Below are positions 37,846 to 52,326 of a stretch of 64,000 nucleotides of DNA, piece after piece. Numbering within the stretch: the stretch's first letter is position 1; every line of letters begins with the position of its first letter. The notes below the pieces were generated by a model. It saw nothing but the letters and a program-made list of their open reading frames with translations, was not told the origin of the DNA and searched no databases. This stretch comes from Neodothiora populina. Its lineage: Eukaryota. The position numbers and the translations under genes are program-made. The stretch is from assembly GCF_041146345.1 (NCBI RefSeq), contig NW_027191405.1, positions 1 through 64,000 of the forward strand. Direction: 5' to 3'.

Positions 37846-40800
37846 TCACAGTGCCATCAACTCGCGTATGCACGCCAAAGCCTGAACCTCTATCTGAAGC
37901 ACGAACGACCTCATCTTCTCCTCAGACATGAGACCTGCATCGCATCTAGCACCAAACACGATTCCGTGTTCACCTGGACCGATATCAACAAACAAATTGT
38001 GATTAGGAAGGAAGCCTGTAGCCAGCTCGTCAACAGCAGTATTGCCGCTTATGACGCTCGTGGACGAAAAGTCTGTGGGGACGCCGATCGGAAGTGGTTG
38101 CAGCAAATCTTCACTGCTCTGATCGCCCAGAAGGGAAGACTTATGCCACAAAAGGTTGACATTGGCATTGAAAGGTACAGTCGTAGCTGACGGGTCACGT
38201 GCCACAACAGCGTCTTGGAGTCTGCTTTGTTCATACGGCACACGCTGGCCCAGGATCTGTTGAATTTCACGAGTTGCTTGCAATGCAGCCTTTTGAAGCA
38301 CCTCTCGGAGTCCGAGAGGAAGCATGTTCACGCAAGGGCCAGAGACCTGATCAATGCGCTGGAAAGCTGCAGACCGTCCGAGCTGGAAAAAGCCGAAAAG
38401 TGGACTTTCAATATTGGTGTGAAGGGCGAGAGCGCGGGCAAAAGCCAGTAACAACAAGTGATGTGGCGAAATGCTCAGCTTGGAACATATGTCTTCAAGC
38501 TCTGCTATCACAACCCTGTCGCCATACACCATGCAAAAGTTTTGTCTCCGGTCATTCATATCCTCGGAGGTATTGTCGGACGGTATGGTAGTGTTCGAGC
38601 ACCCTTCGAGACTTTCTTGCCAGAACTTGGTCTCTGAAGAGTCCTTCAAGGAGATGGTATCGTAGACAAGCTCAGAGAATTGCGGTACTGGATCTCTGAA
38701 GGAGACTCCTTCGTAGATAGAAGCCAATTCGGCAATGAGTCGCGGCATTGTCCATGCATCGTAAGCCGCATGGTGAACCAGAAGCATTATTGCATCATCA
38801 TCCTGCGCCTGGATCAAACGCAATCTGAAAGGCAAAGAGTATAGATCAGATGGATGCGCAGCCTCGACGGAGGCTCTCGACTTCGCAGCATCGACTACGC
38901 ACGAGTCAGCTTGAACAACTGCAAAACCATCGGTATCCCACGATCCTGATCGTAACACGACCTGGAGAGCTTGAGTCTCATTAAGTGCCACGAATGTGGT
39001 CCTCAAAATGTTGTGTCTCTCTCTCAAGATGTGCCAAGCTTCACGCAGACGCTCTTTATCAATTCTTTCCCGGGTTTTATAGGTCCATGCAGGCTCATAC
39101 AACGTTCTTCCGCTCTTCAACCAGCTGATGAGGTGATACTCTTGTCCTGGAAGACATGGGAACACATCCTCCACCATCTCAGCTGGGAACTTGAGCTTGG
39201 TAATGGCACTCATGCGGTCATCTGGCGAGACCAGAGCGTTTCTCTCCTTCTCAACACCATTAGTCAAACCTTTTGTGGTCCTTTCTGCGGTAAGTTCACA
39301 GATCTTGCCCAAGCAGCCGCCTCGAAGTACATCTGCAACACTGAGACGCACGCCTGATTTCCTGCAGCGCGAGACGATCTGAATAGCCGCAATGGAGTCC
39401 ACTCCAAATATGTAGATGCTGGAGTCGAGCTCGATACGATCTGCAGAGACTTGAACGACTTCTGCCATTGCGGTTCTGATAGTTTCGGCGAATTCAGCTA
39501 CTGCCTCAGGATTAAAAGTCAGAGGAGCAGTTTTCTTTGCCTTCGTAGAGACTGGTAGAGATGATAATTGTTTTGGAAAGGCTGTTGAGAAGCGGCTTGG
39601 TTGATGGACGATGTCTCTGACTGCGTCTCGGAAATGATCCATGAAGGCCTCGAGTTTGTCGGGTTGAATAATCGACGACGCTCTCGCAACGATCTCCTTA
39701 TCAGTGTGTTCCACCTCAAAGTTCATCAAATACTCCGATGACACAGGTGCTTTATCCGTACTAAGTGAGTTACCAAGCACATCCAGACTGAATGGACCTT
39801 CGGCGCCAATCTTCGAGTACACGAAAAGACTCTCAATCAGCGGTGCTGATGGGTCGCTCGTTGTTTTGCGCCACGCCTTCTGCACATCGGCGAGGGACGC
39901 ATGTTGATGCTCGACTGACTTTGCATTCACATCATTGACCTTTCCAATCATGTCCTTATTGCTGATAAGATTATCGCCTAGAGTGACCCGGAGAGGGACG
40001 GTGTTGAACATGGGCCCAACAACGTCATGACCATCTCCCACTGAGTCGTGACGTGCGGCAACGACATGGCCGAAGACAACGTCTCTCCTCTCTTGGAGGC
40101 AAGCCAAAGCCTTGCCAAAAGCAAGGGCGCATACATCCTTGATATCGATGTCATGGAGTCTGCAAGTTTCGTTCATCAGATCAATCTCATCCGAGATCGT
40201 TCGAACGGCGAAGCGATGTCTCTCTGCTAGCGATGCTGGAGGGATTGGGCTTGCATCGTAACCAGACACCTGGGCGACCCAAAAATTTACAGCAGCTTCT
40301 GCGGTGCTAGTGATTCGTCTCGCTGCTTCATAAAATGGTGTGACAGGCGTAGGAGATGCGCTCACGTACCGCATCACAAGATGTTGAAACATTAGTCCTA
40401 GAGAGATTCCATCGTAAAGACTGTGGTGCATAGTCAGGACCATAGCGGTGCTTTCCGCCGACTTCAGTATCTGTATACGAGCCAGAGGCTTGTGAGTATG
40501 GATCCTTTCCTCAAAATCGTTTGAATTCGAGAGATGTAGCCAATGCTCGTAAGGGCTAGCAACCTCAAGTTCTTCCCAATCCGGACCTGCAGCGGGGTCG
40601 ACGATAGCGATCCAAGGGGTAGATGCATCCCGGAGCCAATAGAATGTGGTTCGAAGTATGTCCAGATCGTCAACAAGACTATCCCAAGCCGACCTCAGAC
40701 GTGACAGATCAACATTTTTGAGTAGTTCAAAAGCATGGTGATGCATGTACAATGCTCCTTCGGTAGCGAGTGACTGCGACAGCATACCAGCTTGTAATGG

Positions 40801-43800
40801 CGTGCACTCATAATATTGCAAGCCTGGTCTATTTAAGTCTGTGACACCCTTGGATTCGAGGAGCGAGCGAAGATTCTTCGCACTAGGTTGAACGTTGTTT
40901 GAGGACGGGTTGGACGAGAAAGCGAGTCGGGACTGGATGTTCAGGCAGAGAGATCCAACTCGATTGTGGCGGACGATTTCCGCAGAAGATACCTTCATGC
41001 CATTCTCTCGGAGATATTTCGCAAATCTAATGGCGACGATAGAGTCGATGCCAAGATGAATGAAGGAACTGTTCTTTTTGATGTCCTGGATCGGTATGGC
41101 GGTAAACGAAGACACTAAGCGGCGGACTTCTTGTTCGAGAGAGGACCAGTTGGCCTCATCGAAGGTCGGAGTCGTTAACTGGATACCTTTCTGGGATGAC
41201 TCTGGTAGTCCGAGCAACTGGACGAGACTTGCGCCCCCAGTCAGAATCAATAAAGTCAGCATCTCGAGTTTTTCCAAAAGTATATCAGCAGTCTCTGTGC
41301 TACCGAAGCTTTCTGTAAAGCCTGCCCTTACTATGAGTTTATCCTCCGGCACATTGGCCTCAAATTCCACAGCCAACGGATAGTCGACAGCGATTGTGTT
41401 GCTGGCTTGCTTGAGCATAGGGACTGAGACTGCTTCTGGCTGGATCCTGGAATAAGAGAAGAGAGAATTATAAAGTGCTCTATCAGCTTTGGTCCATGCC
41501 TGGATGTCTCTTGGGGAGACATGCTGAAATTCCAGTGATACTGAGGAAGAGTTTTGAACAGCGGTCAGTAAGTCGTCGATTGTCGCCTGAGGATCTTGGA
41601 TGCTGATACGTTGAGGTACAGTGCTGATGCATGGGGCGAGGATTGTATCCGCCCCCTCCACAGGTACCGTCCGACCAGATAAGACGGTGCCAAATATCAC
41701 ATCATTTGTGTCAATGGTCTTCGCCATGACAATACCAAATGCAGCCTGGAGTAACGTAGCGAATGTAAATTTGCGTGAGGCCACGTCAGAGTCTAGCTCG
41801 GAGAGAGGCGTCTCAAACATTCTCTCTCGTGTAGAAAGTGTGATGGTAGAGCTTTGTTCTAATGGCCAGAGTGAGGCATCTTGCCAATTGCTGAGTAGCG
41901 ATGTCCAATGCTTTTTCGCACGTTTATGGTCTTGAGATGCGATGTGCTCAAGGAGGGGCACCATGCTCTGGTGCTTGTCAGGAATATTGCTTTCGTAAAA
42001 TGATTGCACGTCCCGTAGCATCATGTCCATTGAGTTTCCATCGTAGAGTGCGTGATGGATTGAAAGAATGAGGCACTTCCCTGCCCCACTGTCACGATCG
42101 CACACATTCAGGCGAAGTGGTGGGATTTCTGCTATCTGCTCGATGATAGCTTTGCCACTGTTCGACTCGACAGAAGTAATGTCTGTGGTAGAAAGAGGCT
42201 TGTCGATGTATTTCCATATCGAAGGCATTGCTTCTGTGCTCAGAACAAGTTGCAGGAAGCTATCTTTATGCGACGCAAAGCACGTTCTCAAGATTTCGTT
42301 CTCCCGAATAACGGTTGACCAGGCCGCGTGAAGTCTGTCGATATCGATGTCCTCACCCAAGTCGAACCTGACATGGTTGATGTAGGCAACGTCCTCGGCT
42401 GTTGGGTCCTGATGCATTGATTGTCCGATAATAACATCCTGTAGTGGGAAGCAAGGTCTGACTGCTGTCACATGACCATTTGATGCATCGTTGCTTTGCA
42501 GGTAATCGTTCGCAAGGACATTCATCTGTTCCCGAACTTTATCTAAGGTTGCAGAGTCAGCAGAAGCACCTTTCCTTTGTAGTCCGGCAAGTGCTTCGAG
42601 AGTCGGGTTCTTCATCACCAGGGAGACACTACAATCGTAGCCAGCGGTGCGCAATCTCGAGAAGACGGTGATTGCAGATAAACTGTCGATACCTAGCTCG
42701 AACACAGTCGAAGATGGTGAGACTGATTTGGATCCATCCGGTATCACGCTACGAATTATCTGAAGCACGGCTTCCTCGCCTTCATTCAGTTCTTTGCGAT
42801 TACTCTCGTTGTCCGGTTTGGCATTGGATCCTCCAGGCATAAGTTTAGCAATGGAGAATCCGGAAAAGATACTGGTCAGCAACTTGTTATCCGCTTTGCC
42901 CGATGTCGCAGCCAGAGGGATGTAGGATAGAGGTACGATAAGATCTGGGACCATGTAAACAGGCAATGACTTCTGACATTGACGGCGAAGTGTGTCGTTG
43001 ACCTCAAGAATGGCCTCGTCGAGAATGACCGGGAGATCTCCGCCTCCTCTGCGCCTCGAAGACCCAGACTCGGCAATGAATGCCACCAGTTGAGTTCTTG
43101 AAAGTTCGGGGTGTTTCAAGATCAATGCCGTAGTGTCGATGGGTGAGGATGCAGCCATACGTAAGCCCTCAGAAACCTCCCCGAGCTCGACTCGCTGTCC
43201 CCTAATTTTGACCTGATCGTCTTTGCGCCCCAGAAATTGAATGTGATCATCCGGCATGAGCCGAACAATATCGCCAGTACGATACATCCTCTGGCCGTGG
43301 AAATCATCAACAAACCCTTTAGCATCAGGGCGATTGAGATAGCCGTTGGCAACAAAACTACCAGTGAAGCAGAGCTCACCGGACAACCCTCTCAAGACAT
43401 AAGAATCCGTTCCGGGAGTAAGCACATGAGCTTGACAGTCGCCAAGGGGCTTTCCGATGTCCCTCATATCAGTGTCGGAGAAGACTCTTGCAGAATTACA
43501 GCCAACGGTTGCTTCAGTTGGACCGTACGCGTTGATGAGTGTAACGCGGTGATGAGATGCCCAAAGCTTCTTCGTCTTTGCTGACATTTTCTCACCTCCG
43601 ACTGAAAGGTAGACGAGATCTGGTGTGTCATCAGGTTCTAGTCCGGTCTGATCGAGCAAAGAAGGCACAAAGCTGGCATGAGAGATGTGTAGAGATGAGA
43701 GCGCAAGCGGAAGGTCGTCTAACAACATGGATCGAGGTGCAGTAACAGCACTGAGCCCATGTCGCCAAGCTAAGAACATTTCTCCAATGTGAACATCGAA

Positions 43801-46800
43801 TGCCCTGCTCGCCAGGCAAAGATATTTACCCTTGCCACCAAGTTCTACTGTAGCGGGGCAGGCGCCGCAGATGAACTCAGACTGACCTTCAACAAAAGAG
43901 CTGAGATTTCCCTGACTGACGAGAACACCTTTGGGCTTACCGGTGCTGCCCGATGTGTAGAGCAAGTAAGCGTTGTCGTCCGGCACGCCTTGTCGAGGAG
44001 GGTCTGTGGAAGGGAAACCCACGAGGGCCCTCTGGGTGATGTCATATTCAACGTCAATGGTTTCGCAACTCGCTGGAATATATGCCGGGTCGAAAAGGTC
44101 GGGATTTGTGAAGACTAAGGCAGCGTCACTATCCTCAAGCAAGAATCCTTTCCGCTCTATTGGAAGACTCTCCTCGATCGGCAGGTAAGTATTACCAGAC
44201 TTGAAGATTCCGGCAACGACGGCGTAAGAGATCAAGGTACGGCCTAGACACATTCCAATCATACGATTTGAGACGCTCTTTGCTAATATCATGTTCGCCA
44301 CGCGATTAGCCTCGTTGTTCAGCTGATGGAAGGTCCAAACATCAGTGCGAGTCTCTTCTAGCTCTATACTCGTTGCTATCTCGATGGCCTCCCACTCCGG
44401 ATTGGTGTGGGCCCAATGTTCGATCCACGAGGTTGGGTGTGCCTCAATTGGACACTTTGTGTCATGGTTGATAGCAGACACAGACACAATGTCTGAGGGA
44501 AAGAACTCCGACAGCGACGATATCTTGCAGTGGGTTTGGTCGATCATGGCATTGATTATAGCATCTAGGCCGCGTAAAAGAATGTTCTGCTGTTCCTCGG
44601 TAACTAGCTGGTCGGCAATCGAAAGTTCAACCAGAGGGTGGGAGTCTGAGTCTTGCCAGATGTTACACGCAATCGGATGCTCGACTACGATATCGTGGGC
44701 ATCACCTAGGCTCTGCCAAAGCTCTGAGGGGTCCTGCGGTGACGCATTCGTATTTGGATGGAAGGCGAACATCGCAGGATAAAGGTGCTTACTAGTGGGA
44801 CGGTTGAGCACACCTTTGATGGTTGACGGTCGAATGTTGCGGTGCTGCCAGGCAGACTTCACAAACTGGTCTTGACGCACTATAGTCTCGAGCACAGTGG
44901 GCTCGCGACCGAACAGGATAGGGACGACGTTCAACATGGGCCCTACAATGTTCTCTAACTTATCGTCAACAATACGCAGCGACATGACTTCTGCATATAA
45001 AGCTTGAGCGGTTTCGAGAAGCTCAGTAAGAAGTAGACCCCAAGCAGTACGTAGGATAGTGACGAACGAGGAACAGCCCATTTCTTGCGCAGCTGCTCGC
45101 AATTTCGAAAGGGTTACTGTTAGTCTCAGTACAGTCGTCCGGTGTGTCAATTGCTGGTCGTCGTTGGCCATCTGCTCGAGCGAGGTTTCGTCGTCAAGAT
45201 CTTCTAGTGACTTCTTCCAGAAGTTCACGGTCTCAGTCCTGTCAGCATCAAGAGTAGAGTCAACTGCCAGTGCGTCCCTCAACTGATGCCTCCTAGCAGA
45301 GCCAAGACCATTATACTCGGCCTTGACATCCGCTGCTATCATCTCGAGAGAAGGTCCATCGTAGATCGAGTGATGGATTGTCAACATCATCGTCCTCTCG
45401 CTATCTCTCCCAAAGATGTCAAGAGCCCAGAGGGGGTGCTTGAAAAGCGATTGATGATGTCTGGAAGCAATCTCCTTCATCCGAGCCCCCGTTACAAGTT
45501 TGACGTCAGAGTAGGCATCATGTTCCTTCCAATCCACGCTAGCTTTAGCATAAGCAATCTGAACCCAGGAAGAGCCACCGCTCGAGTCTGGACTTAAGAA
45601 TGCCTTCGGCAGGAAGCCAACGCGCAAGGACTCGTTACGGACAGCTACACTCTTCCACGCAGCTCTGAGCTCATGCAGATCGACTTCTGCGCTTAATGCG
45701 AACAGATGAGTACTCCAGTACGCACATGGCTCTTTTAGAGTTTCACTCAGGAGACTCTCTTGCAGTATAGTCGTTGGCATGACGTTGAAGTTGATGTCTG
45801 AGACATGTTGCTTCACCTGGGCATGAAGACGCTTGTTGAAAGACTGCAGAGCATGTGTCGCATTCCGCGATGTGACAGTTTCGGCATTTGCAAGGCGGAC
45901 AAGATCGGCAAGATTGCGGCACTTAAGTGCTTCTGCTATGGACAAAGAATAGCCAAGTGAGTTGATCTTCGGAACAAGGCGAATAGCCCTGATAGAGTCG
46001 ATTCCGAGAGCTGGAAGACTGCTCGTGGGTTTGATGCTCCTGACCGGTATGCCAGAAACCTGGGATGCTACCTCTACTATGCCTTTGTTGTCAGTAAGCC
46101 ATTGTAGGACCTCGCTGTCTTCGGCTCCACTATCTGAGCTGACGGTCTCCTCCCAGACCGCAACATCGACAGCGTGATATGCTCTTGTCAATGATGATCG
46201 ATCGACTTTCGCGGAGGCTGTCTGTGGGATTTTAGGAACGACGACGAATAAGCTAGGGACCATGTAGCCTGGAAGAACGTTTCGCGCATGTTCTGCGACT
46301 GCTCGAGCAACTTCAGCAGCGGCGTCGGAGGTCACAGGTTCGTTGCTTCTCGTCGCATCCCCAAGTGACGGGCATGCAAGGAATGCCACTACTGAAGTTC
46401 CGCTCTCGTCTTGTCTCTTGCAGTTCAGTACTTCGACCCGTTCGACTGAGGGATGAGCATCGCGAAGGAAGAATGTGATCTCCCCTAATTCAACTCGGAT
46501 GCCACCTAGCTTGACAAGATCATCGTTACGTCCGATAAAGTCCAAGGTACCATCAGACAATTGCCTTACAATGTCTCCTGTCAAGTATACACGTTCTTCA
46601 AGCTTTTGGTTCCATACGAACTTGTTTTTGGTAATTTCGGGGTTCTTCCAGTACCCAGGGCTGACCTGAATCCCGGACAATGCAAGCTCGCCAACGCCAT
46701 TTTGTGGAACTAGATGTCCATCATCAAGGACGTAAGTACCTACCGATGGCAATGGTACACCGACGTTGGAGCTTGAATGATCACTGCCTCCGTCACCGAA

Positions 46801-49800
46801 TTGTGTGAGCGTGGAAACAACGGTTACCTCTGCGGGTCCATAGGTATTGAATGCTCTTCGCCCCACGCCATAGTCATTGGCTACTGACTCGGTGAGTTTT
46901 TCGCCGATCATTGTCACTACCTCAAGCGTTTCAAGGTTGCTTGAGGGTACTGTGGCAGCGAACGCAGGAGTGAGATGCGCATGAGTAGCGTGAGTTGCGT
47001 TTGCAAGCTCTGCAAACGTTTGCAGCATTATCTCCCTTGTACTGGAGATAACAACTCCACCAAGAGTCCAAGTATAGAACAAGTCTTGCACGAATACATC
47101 GAACGTATACTGGGAGAACTGCATGCATCGGACCGTTCCACCGGTCACATCTGAGGGTATCACTGCAGCCAATGCTTTCATGGCTGTAGATGCTGAGCGA
47201 TGCGTGATAGGGACACCCTTTGGCAGTCCCGTAGTTCCACTAGTGAAGATCAGATAAGCCAAGTCGTCAGGACCAGCTATGGATCGTACGATCGGTGGTG
47301 TCAAAGGCGTTTCTGCGCGAAGGGCAGATTGACACATGCTTATATCGAGCATCTTGATGCCGGATGGCAGCATGTCGCCATCAATTTTTACGGTCGATCC
47401 AGTTGTGATCAACAACTTGCTGCCTGTCTGCTTCATCACAGTTTGCTGTCTTGCAGGTGGTGCATATGGATCGATAGGGCACCATGCAGATCCAGCTTTG
47501 AGTATACCAAGTACGGCAATATACAACTCCGGACACTTCTCCATACAGAGAAGGATTGGCTCTCCTGGTGCAGGCCCAAAGGTTGCAAGCAAGTGCTCGG
47601 CCAGGCGATCAGCCAGAGTATTCAATTTGCCGTACGACCATTCAATGCTGGCTTCTTCGCCATCATCAAGCGACTGCTTGAATATTAGTGCAGTGTTATC
47701 AGGGCTCTGAATTGCAAAATTCTCAAAGGCCGAATGCAAGAGATCTTGTTGACGTGATAGGGTTATCGATGCATCCACGGGCGTCTGGGAAAGCAACTCG
47801 CTCCTCACTGCAAAGCGAGTCTCTGAATATGGTTCGTCCGGTCTATCGCAGATATAATTGATGTAATCATCAAGCTGACGAAGCATAGTTTCAGCAGCTC
47901 CACTATCCATGTGGGACTGCTTCCATGTTGCACGAAGTCGTAGAAATCCAGATTCGGTAGGCCAGACTTCTACCATGATAGCAAAGTCATTCTCCATTGA
48001 AGGATACTCAACGCGAGACCAGATCTGGTTTCTTTCTGCATTTTCATCGAATGACTGGAAAGCTAGGAGAGTGTCATACGGAAGTCGGCCGTCGATCGTG
48101 GTCAATCCCCCCAACGGGATCTGAAGATGAGGTAGCGCGTTCACATTGGCTGATGTCAATGCCGCGACAACCTCTCTGTTGGTAGCTCCACGCTTGTGAT
48201 CCTCCGATAGTCTGACTGGTATAGTGACAAATGTAGGGGCCACACAGCTCGCAGTCGCTTGTACCAACCTATCTGATACAACACTGCCAAACGAAATATC
48301 GGAGGTAGGCCCTGTGTATGAAAGAAGCACGGTCGCCCACGAAGCTTGTAGGAGCGAGAGGGGCGAAGCTGTAATGGCCCTCGAAGCCGCCTGCAATTTC
48401 TGAAGCGTGATCTTGCCGACGAATTCAGTACAGCCCGCACGCCTTGCTGCTGTACCGACGCGAGTGGCTGTGAGAGTAGGGAATGGCGTCGGAGAGAAAT
48501 CTGAAAACACATCGTTCCAATACTTTGCTGTGGTCTCTGTCGCGTATGCAAAGTGGCGTTGGACCGCGGTTCCAATATCAGTGCGCTGCGCATGTTCCCT
48601 TGAAAGAACACAGTCTGCCACGTCTTGCATGAGAAGCTCCAATGAACCACCATCGAAGATACCGTGAAACATGCTGAGTACGTAAGCGGTGCGGGTCGAA
48701 GAAGAGATGACAGACAGTGTCAATGGAGGTCGTTGAAGGGTGATCGAGGCTTCTGCATCGGCACAAGCCTGGCTCACAATTGTATCCCAGTCTCTGTCGT
48801 TGGCGTCCAGGTATTCCAGTATCTTCGACGAAGTCGCTTCGCTTGACCTCTTGATTACACATTGAGCAAAGGGAGAGATATGATCATCGATGGCCACAAA
48901 GGCAGTACGCAAGACCATGGGTCGGCTCAAGGTATCTTCCCAGGCCTGCAGAACAGCACTGGTATCCTGGCCAGTTCTTTGGTAGTAGACGGAGTGATTA
49001 ATGTAGTGTTTGTTCTCTCCTGCAGCCAGACTTCTGTGGTAACTAGCTAACATACCGGACTGGGTGGCGGTTGTTGGTAGAACAACCTCGATATCCTCTA
49101 TGCGTAGATCAAGCTGTTCGCTAACATACTTCGCATGTTTCTCACTGTAGACGGATAGAAGCTGCTGTACTTTGCTCTCATCAACATCACTATTGATGCT
49201 ACTCATGCCGCATAGGTCGGCTAGGGACCGTGGCGTCCGGGATTTTAGGATGTGAGCGACTGTCAGGTCATGCACATCCTGATTTCGGAGCTCTTGCAGT
49301 AAGCGAACAGCCCGAAGACTGTCGAGTCCCATGGAGAAGAGATCGGTATCAGCTGTGACCGTCGTCACGTCCGTGTTGGCGACCTTGGCGATGCACTGCA
49401 TGATCTTTTCGAGCATGCTACCAGGGACGACATCTGAGCCTTGGCTAGATGAAGTGACTTCATGCTTTCGCAGGCTGTGAGGTACTATTGTTGAAGTCCA
49501 CTCTTCGTTGATGGTACGGTCCAATGCCTTCCTGTCGGTTTTGCCGGACCTGGATCGCGGCATCTCGCGGATTATATGATATCGTGACGGATGCATGTAT
49601 TTTGGAAGAAGTCGATCTGCCGCGGCCTGACAATCTGCTATAAGCAATTCGGATTCCACCTCAATATTCAGCACTAAGCAGGCAATAACTTGTTCGCTGC
49701 CATGTCCTTGAGGGTTGTGCTGGTGGACCACAGCCACAACATCAGAGACACCTGAAACAGTGCTTAAGGCGCTCTCAATCTGACCTAACTCGACTCTTCT

Positions 49801-51904
49801 ACCACTCAATTTGACCTGGTCAGTGTTCAGACGGCCTAAGAAATCAACGACAAGCGTTCCTGCCCTATCTCTGACGACTCTTGCCTTGTCACCAGTTCTG
49901 TACAGCCTGCCATACTGGGGACTGGTCACGAATGCAGCCGCCGTTTGATCAGGTCTGTTCACATAACCCATGCTGACTTGAGGTCCACCAATGGCCAATT
50001 CTCCTGCAAAGCCAATGGGCACCGGAGTTGGGATTTTATTCGCCGGATCGATGACAAGAATCGAAGCTGTCTCTAGGGGATATCCAATGATCGAACCCCT
50101 TTGATCCACGGAGAACTCTGGCACTAGTGTGCAGTTTATTGATGCCTCTGTAGGGCCATAAGCGTTGAGGAGGCTGCTAAGCTTATCAGGTCTAGAGGAT
50201 GGGCTAGGTGGGCGGCTTCTTAGAGGCGAGTCCGATGCGAAGTTCTGGATCACTGTAGTATTGAGCTTCTCGCCCATGGTCCAAAGATTACGCAAAGTTG
50301 GAACTTTCTCCGGTCGTAAAGAAGTGGCCATGCTGGGCGTTGCCATCATAATCGTCGTAGATAGTTTAGTGACGATGAGCTCAGGGTCTGTGAGCAACAA
50401 CTGCCGATGTGCTGAACAAAGGGTTCCGCCACAGGTCCACGTTACATATATCTCCATGATGGATGGATCGAAAGTAGGCGCTGCGAACTGGAACCATCTA
50501 AATCCCCTTTTGGACATAGCTAGACTGATGTATTTTGCATGTGATGCTATGGAGCAGGCTGCAGAGATGTGCGAGATCTGCACGCCTTTGGGTCTGCCAG
50601 TCGACCCACTTGTGTACATTACATATGCGAGGTCGGTCTCAGCGACCTTCGGAAGCTCGAAGGCAGGCGTGTTGGAGCTTAGATCGAAGGATTGGATGAA
50701 TCTCGCGACATCAAAGGACGTAGGGAGTTCATCAAAGTCCGCATACCACGCATCCCATGGGTGAGCAAGCAGTTTGGGGCCATCAACAAGCACCAGTTGA
50801 GCACCAACTTCCTCTACGATTGTCTGAAGGTGATCAGAAGGGGCATCCACTGGTAATGGGCAGAACGCAAATCCAGCCTTCAGAGTGGCCAGCCACGAGA
50901 CGTAAAATGCTGGAGACTGCGACATATACGCAGGAACAATGATCTGATCATTGTTATTTCGAAGAGTAACACACTCACGAAGTTGCAGTGCAAGCGCAGT
51001 AGTCAAATGGTCAAGTTCCGAGTACGTGTATGTTACATTGGATCCGATCGTTCCTGATTCCGCTGAGGACAAGAAATCCAGGGCAGGTCGATCTGGATAC
51101 TGGCTGGCTGATCGCTGAAATCCAGCATGTAACAGCGCATTTTGTTCGGATGAATCTGCCAGATCTTGTGCGATCCTTGGTGGCCTGCTCAATGGAGGAT
51201 GGTTCAAAACGGACAAATTGTCATTACTGAGCTCTCGCACATTTGCGCAAGCTCGGTTCGCCGTTTTCGAGATTTGGTATATCAATACATTGAACAAAAC
51301 CTCCGCGGCTTCAGACTCCAGTAACCTCTGCTGGTATAGCAAGACCAACTTCAATTGCGTGGCATGGTATTGCACCGAAAATGGCTAAAGCTGGGTCAGC
51401 AAGGCCATTGCCGCGATGGATTTGACGATAACATACCGATTGAAGTAGCAGGGAAGTAGCAGAGGTGTCAAAGTTATCTGGATCAGCATGAAGTTCGATT
51501 CCAAAATCCGCGAGTTCCTGATCTATGCTTATCTCGCTGAGGTCGATGGTACACGGCAGCGATTCGCCACCAATCTGCGCAGCAGCCTGGCCCTCAGAAA
51601 TAGCAGCTTGTATCTTGTACACCTTGTCGGTATGATGTGGGCCCAATCGCTGAGCGAACTGATAAGATACTTCGGATTCACTGGTCAGTGTGCCAATGAA
51701 GCGAGCGAAGCCCTGCAATACTCCATCTTTGCTTCTTGGATAACTCTCGTTAGTAGAAAACTGATACTCGAGTCTTTCGCGAGACACATCCCTAGCCTGG
51801 TCTGTTGAGCTGGTGGCGTCGAGGCTCGTGACTCTACATTCAGCACGAAGGGTATCTAAGTCAGGGAAGGCAGTACATGAAGAAAAGCCACTGAACGACG
51901 ACAT
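37846..51904 (-). CDS. sidC: Ferrichrome-type siderophore NRPS (SidC/NPS1 lineage), A-T-C-A-T-C-A-T-C-T-C-T-C; intron 51436-51385
   Basis: Three A domains (YTSGSTGRPKG, FTSGTTGLPKG, YTSGSTGKPKG), five T motifs (GLDSL, GIDSI, GIDSL, GIDSI, GVDSI) and five C motifs (FHGIFDG, HHSIYDG, HHALYDG, HHSLYDG, HHAAYDA). A GTATGT..TAG intron links the upstream exon (MSSFSGF...) in frame. Confidence 0.93.
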
Positions 51905-52317
51905 CTTGCGGACAGGCAACGGATGATCTCGACGTGACCTTTGTTCCTATCGTGGAGTTCAGTAGCAAGTATGCGAGTTGATGAAACTCGAAAATTGCTC
52001 CTATGTGGTCGTAAAGAATGATCATCTTGATAGTCAGACCATATGGTCAACCTACTGTTCTCTGTACCTAATTCCCGATGGCTTTCGCATCATTGCCGCT
52101 ATCGGTGACAGTCACTTTGATCGTGGACCTTGCTAGTCAAATCTGTCGATCATCAGTCGACAGCGATGTATCCGCACTGGCCATTGCGTAGCATCGCGAG
52201 CGAGTACAACTGCCCACGGGCACACTTGCATCGAGTAAGGCAGCAAACGGTGCGTGATGAAGTTGCAGCTCCGATTGACGCCAAAGTTTTCCCCACTACG
52301 CGTGGGCTGAGAAAAAG

Positions 52318-52326
52318 TTATCAGAT
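52318..52326 (-). promoter_or_regulatory. SreA-type iron-repression GATA box (ATCTGATAA) in the NRPS/ligase divergent promoter
   Basis: TTATCAGAT is an exact reverse complement of the ATCWGATAA consensus. Confidence 0.7.

Noticed and set aside
37966..51230. Many antisense and alternate-frame ORFs within the NRPS, and likewise within other long genes
   Set aside because: Expected shadow ORFs with no independent motifs.
51311..51919. Separate 202-aa ORF upstream of the NRPS
   Set aside because: It is exon 1 of the NRPS, joined by intron 51436-51385.
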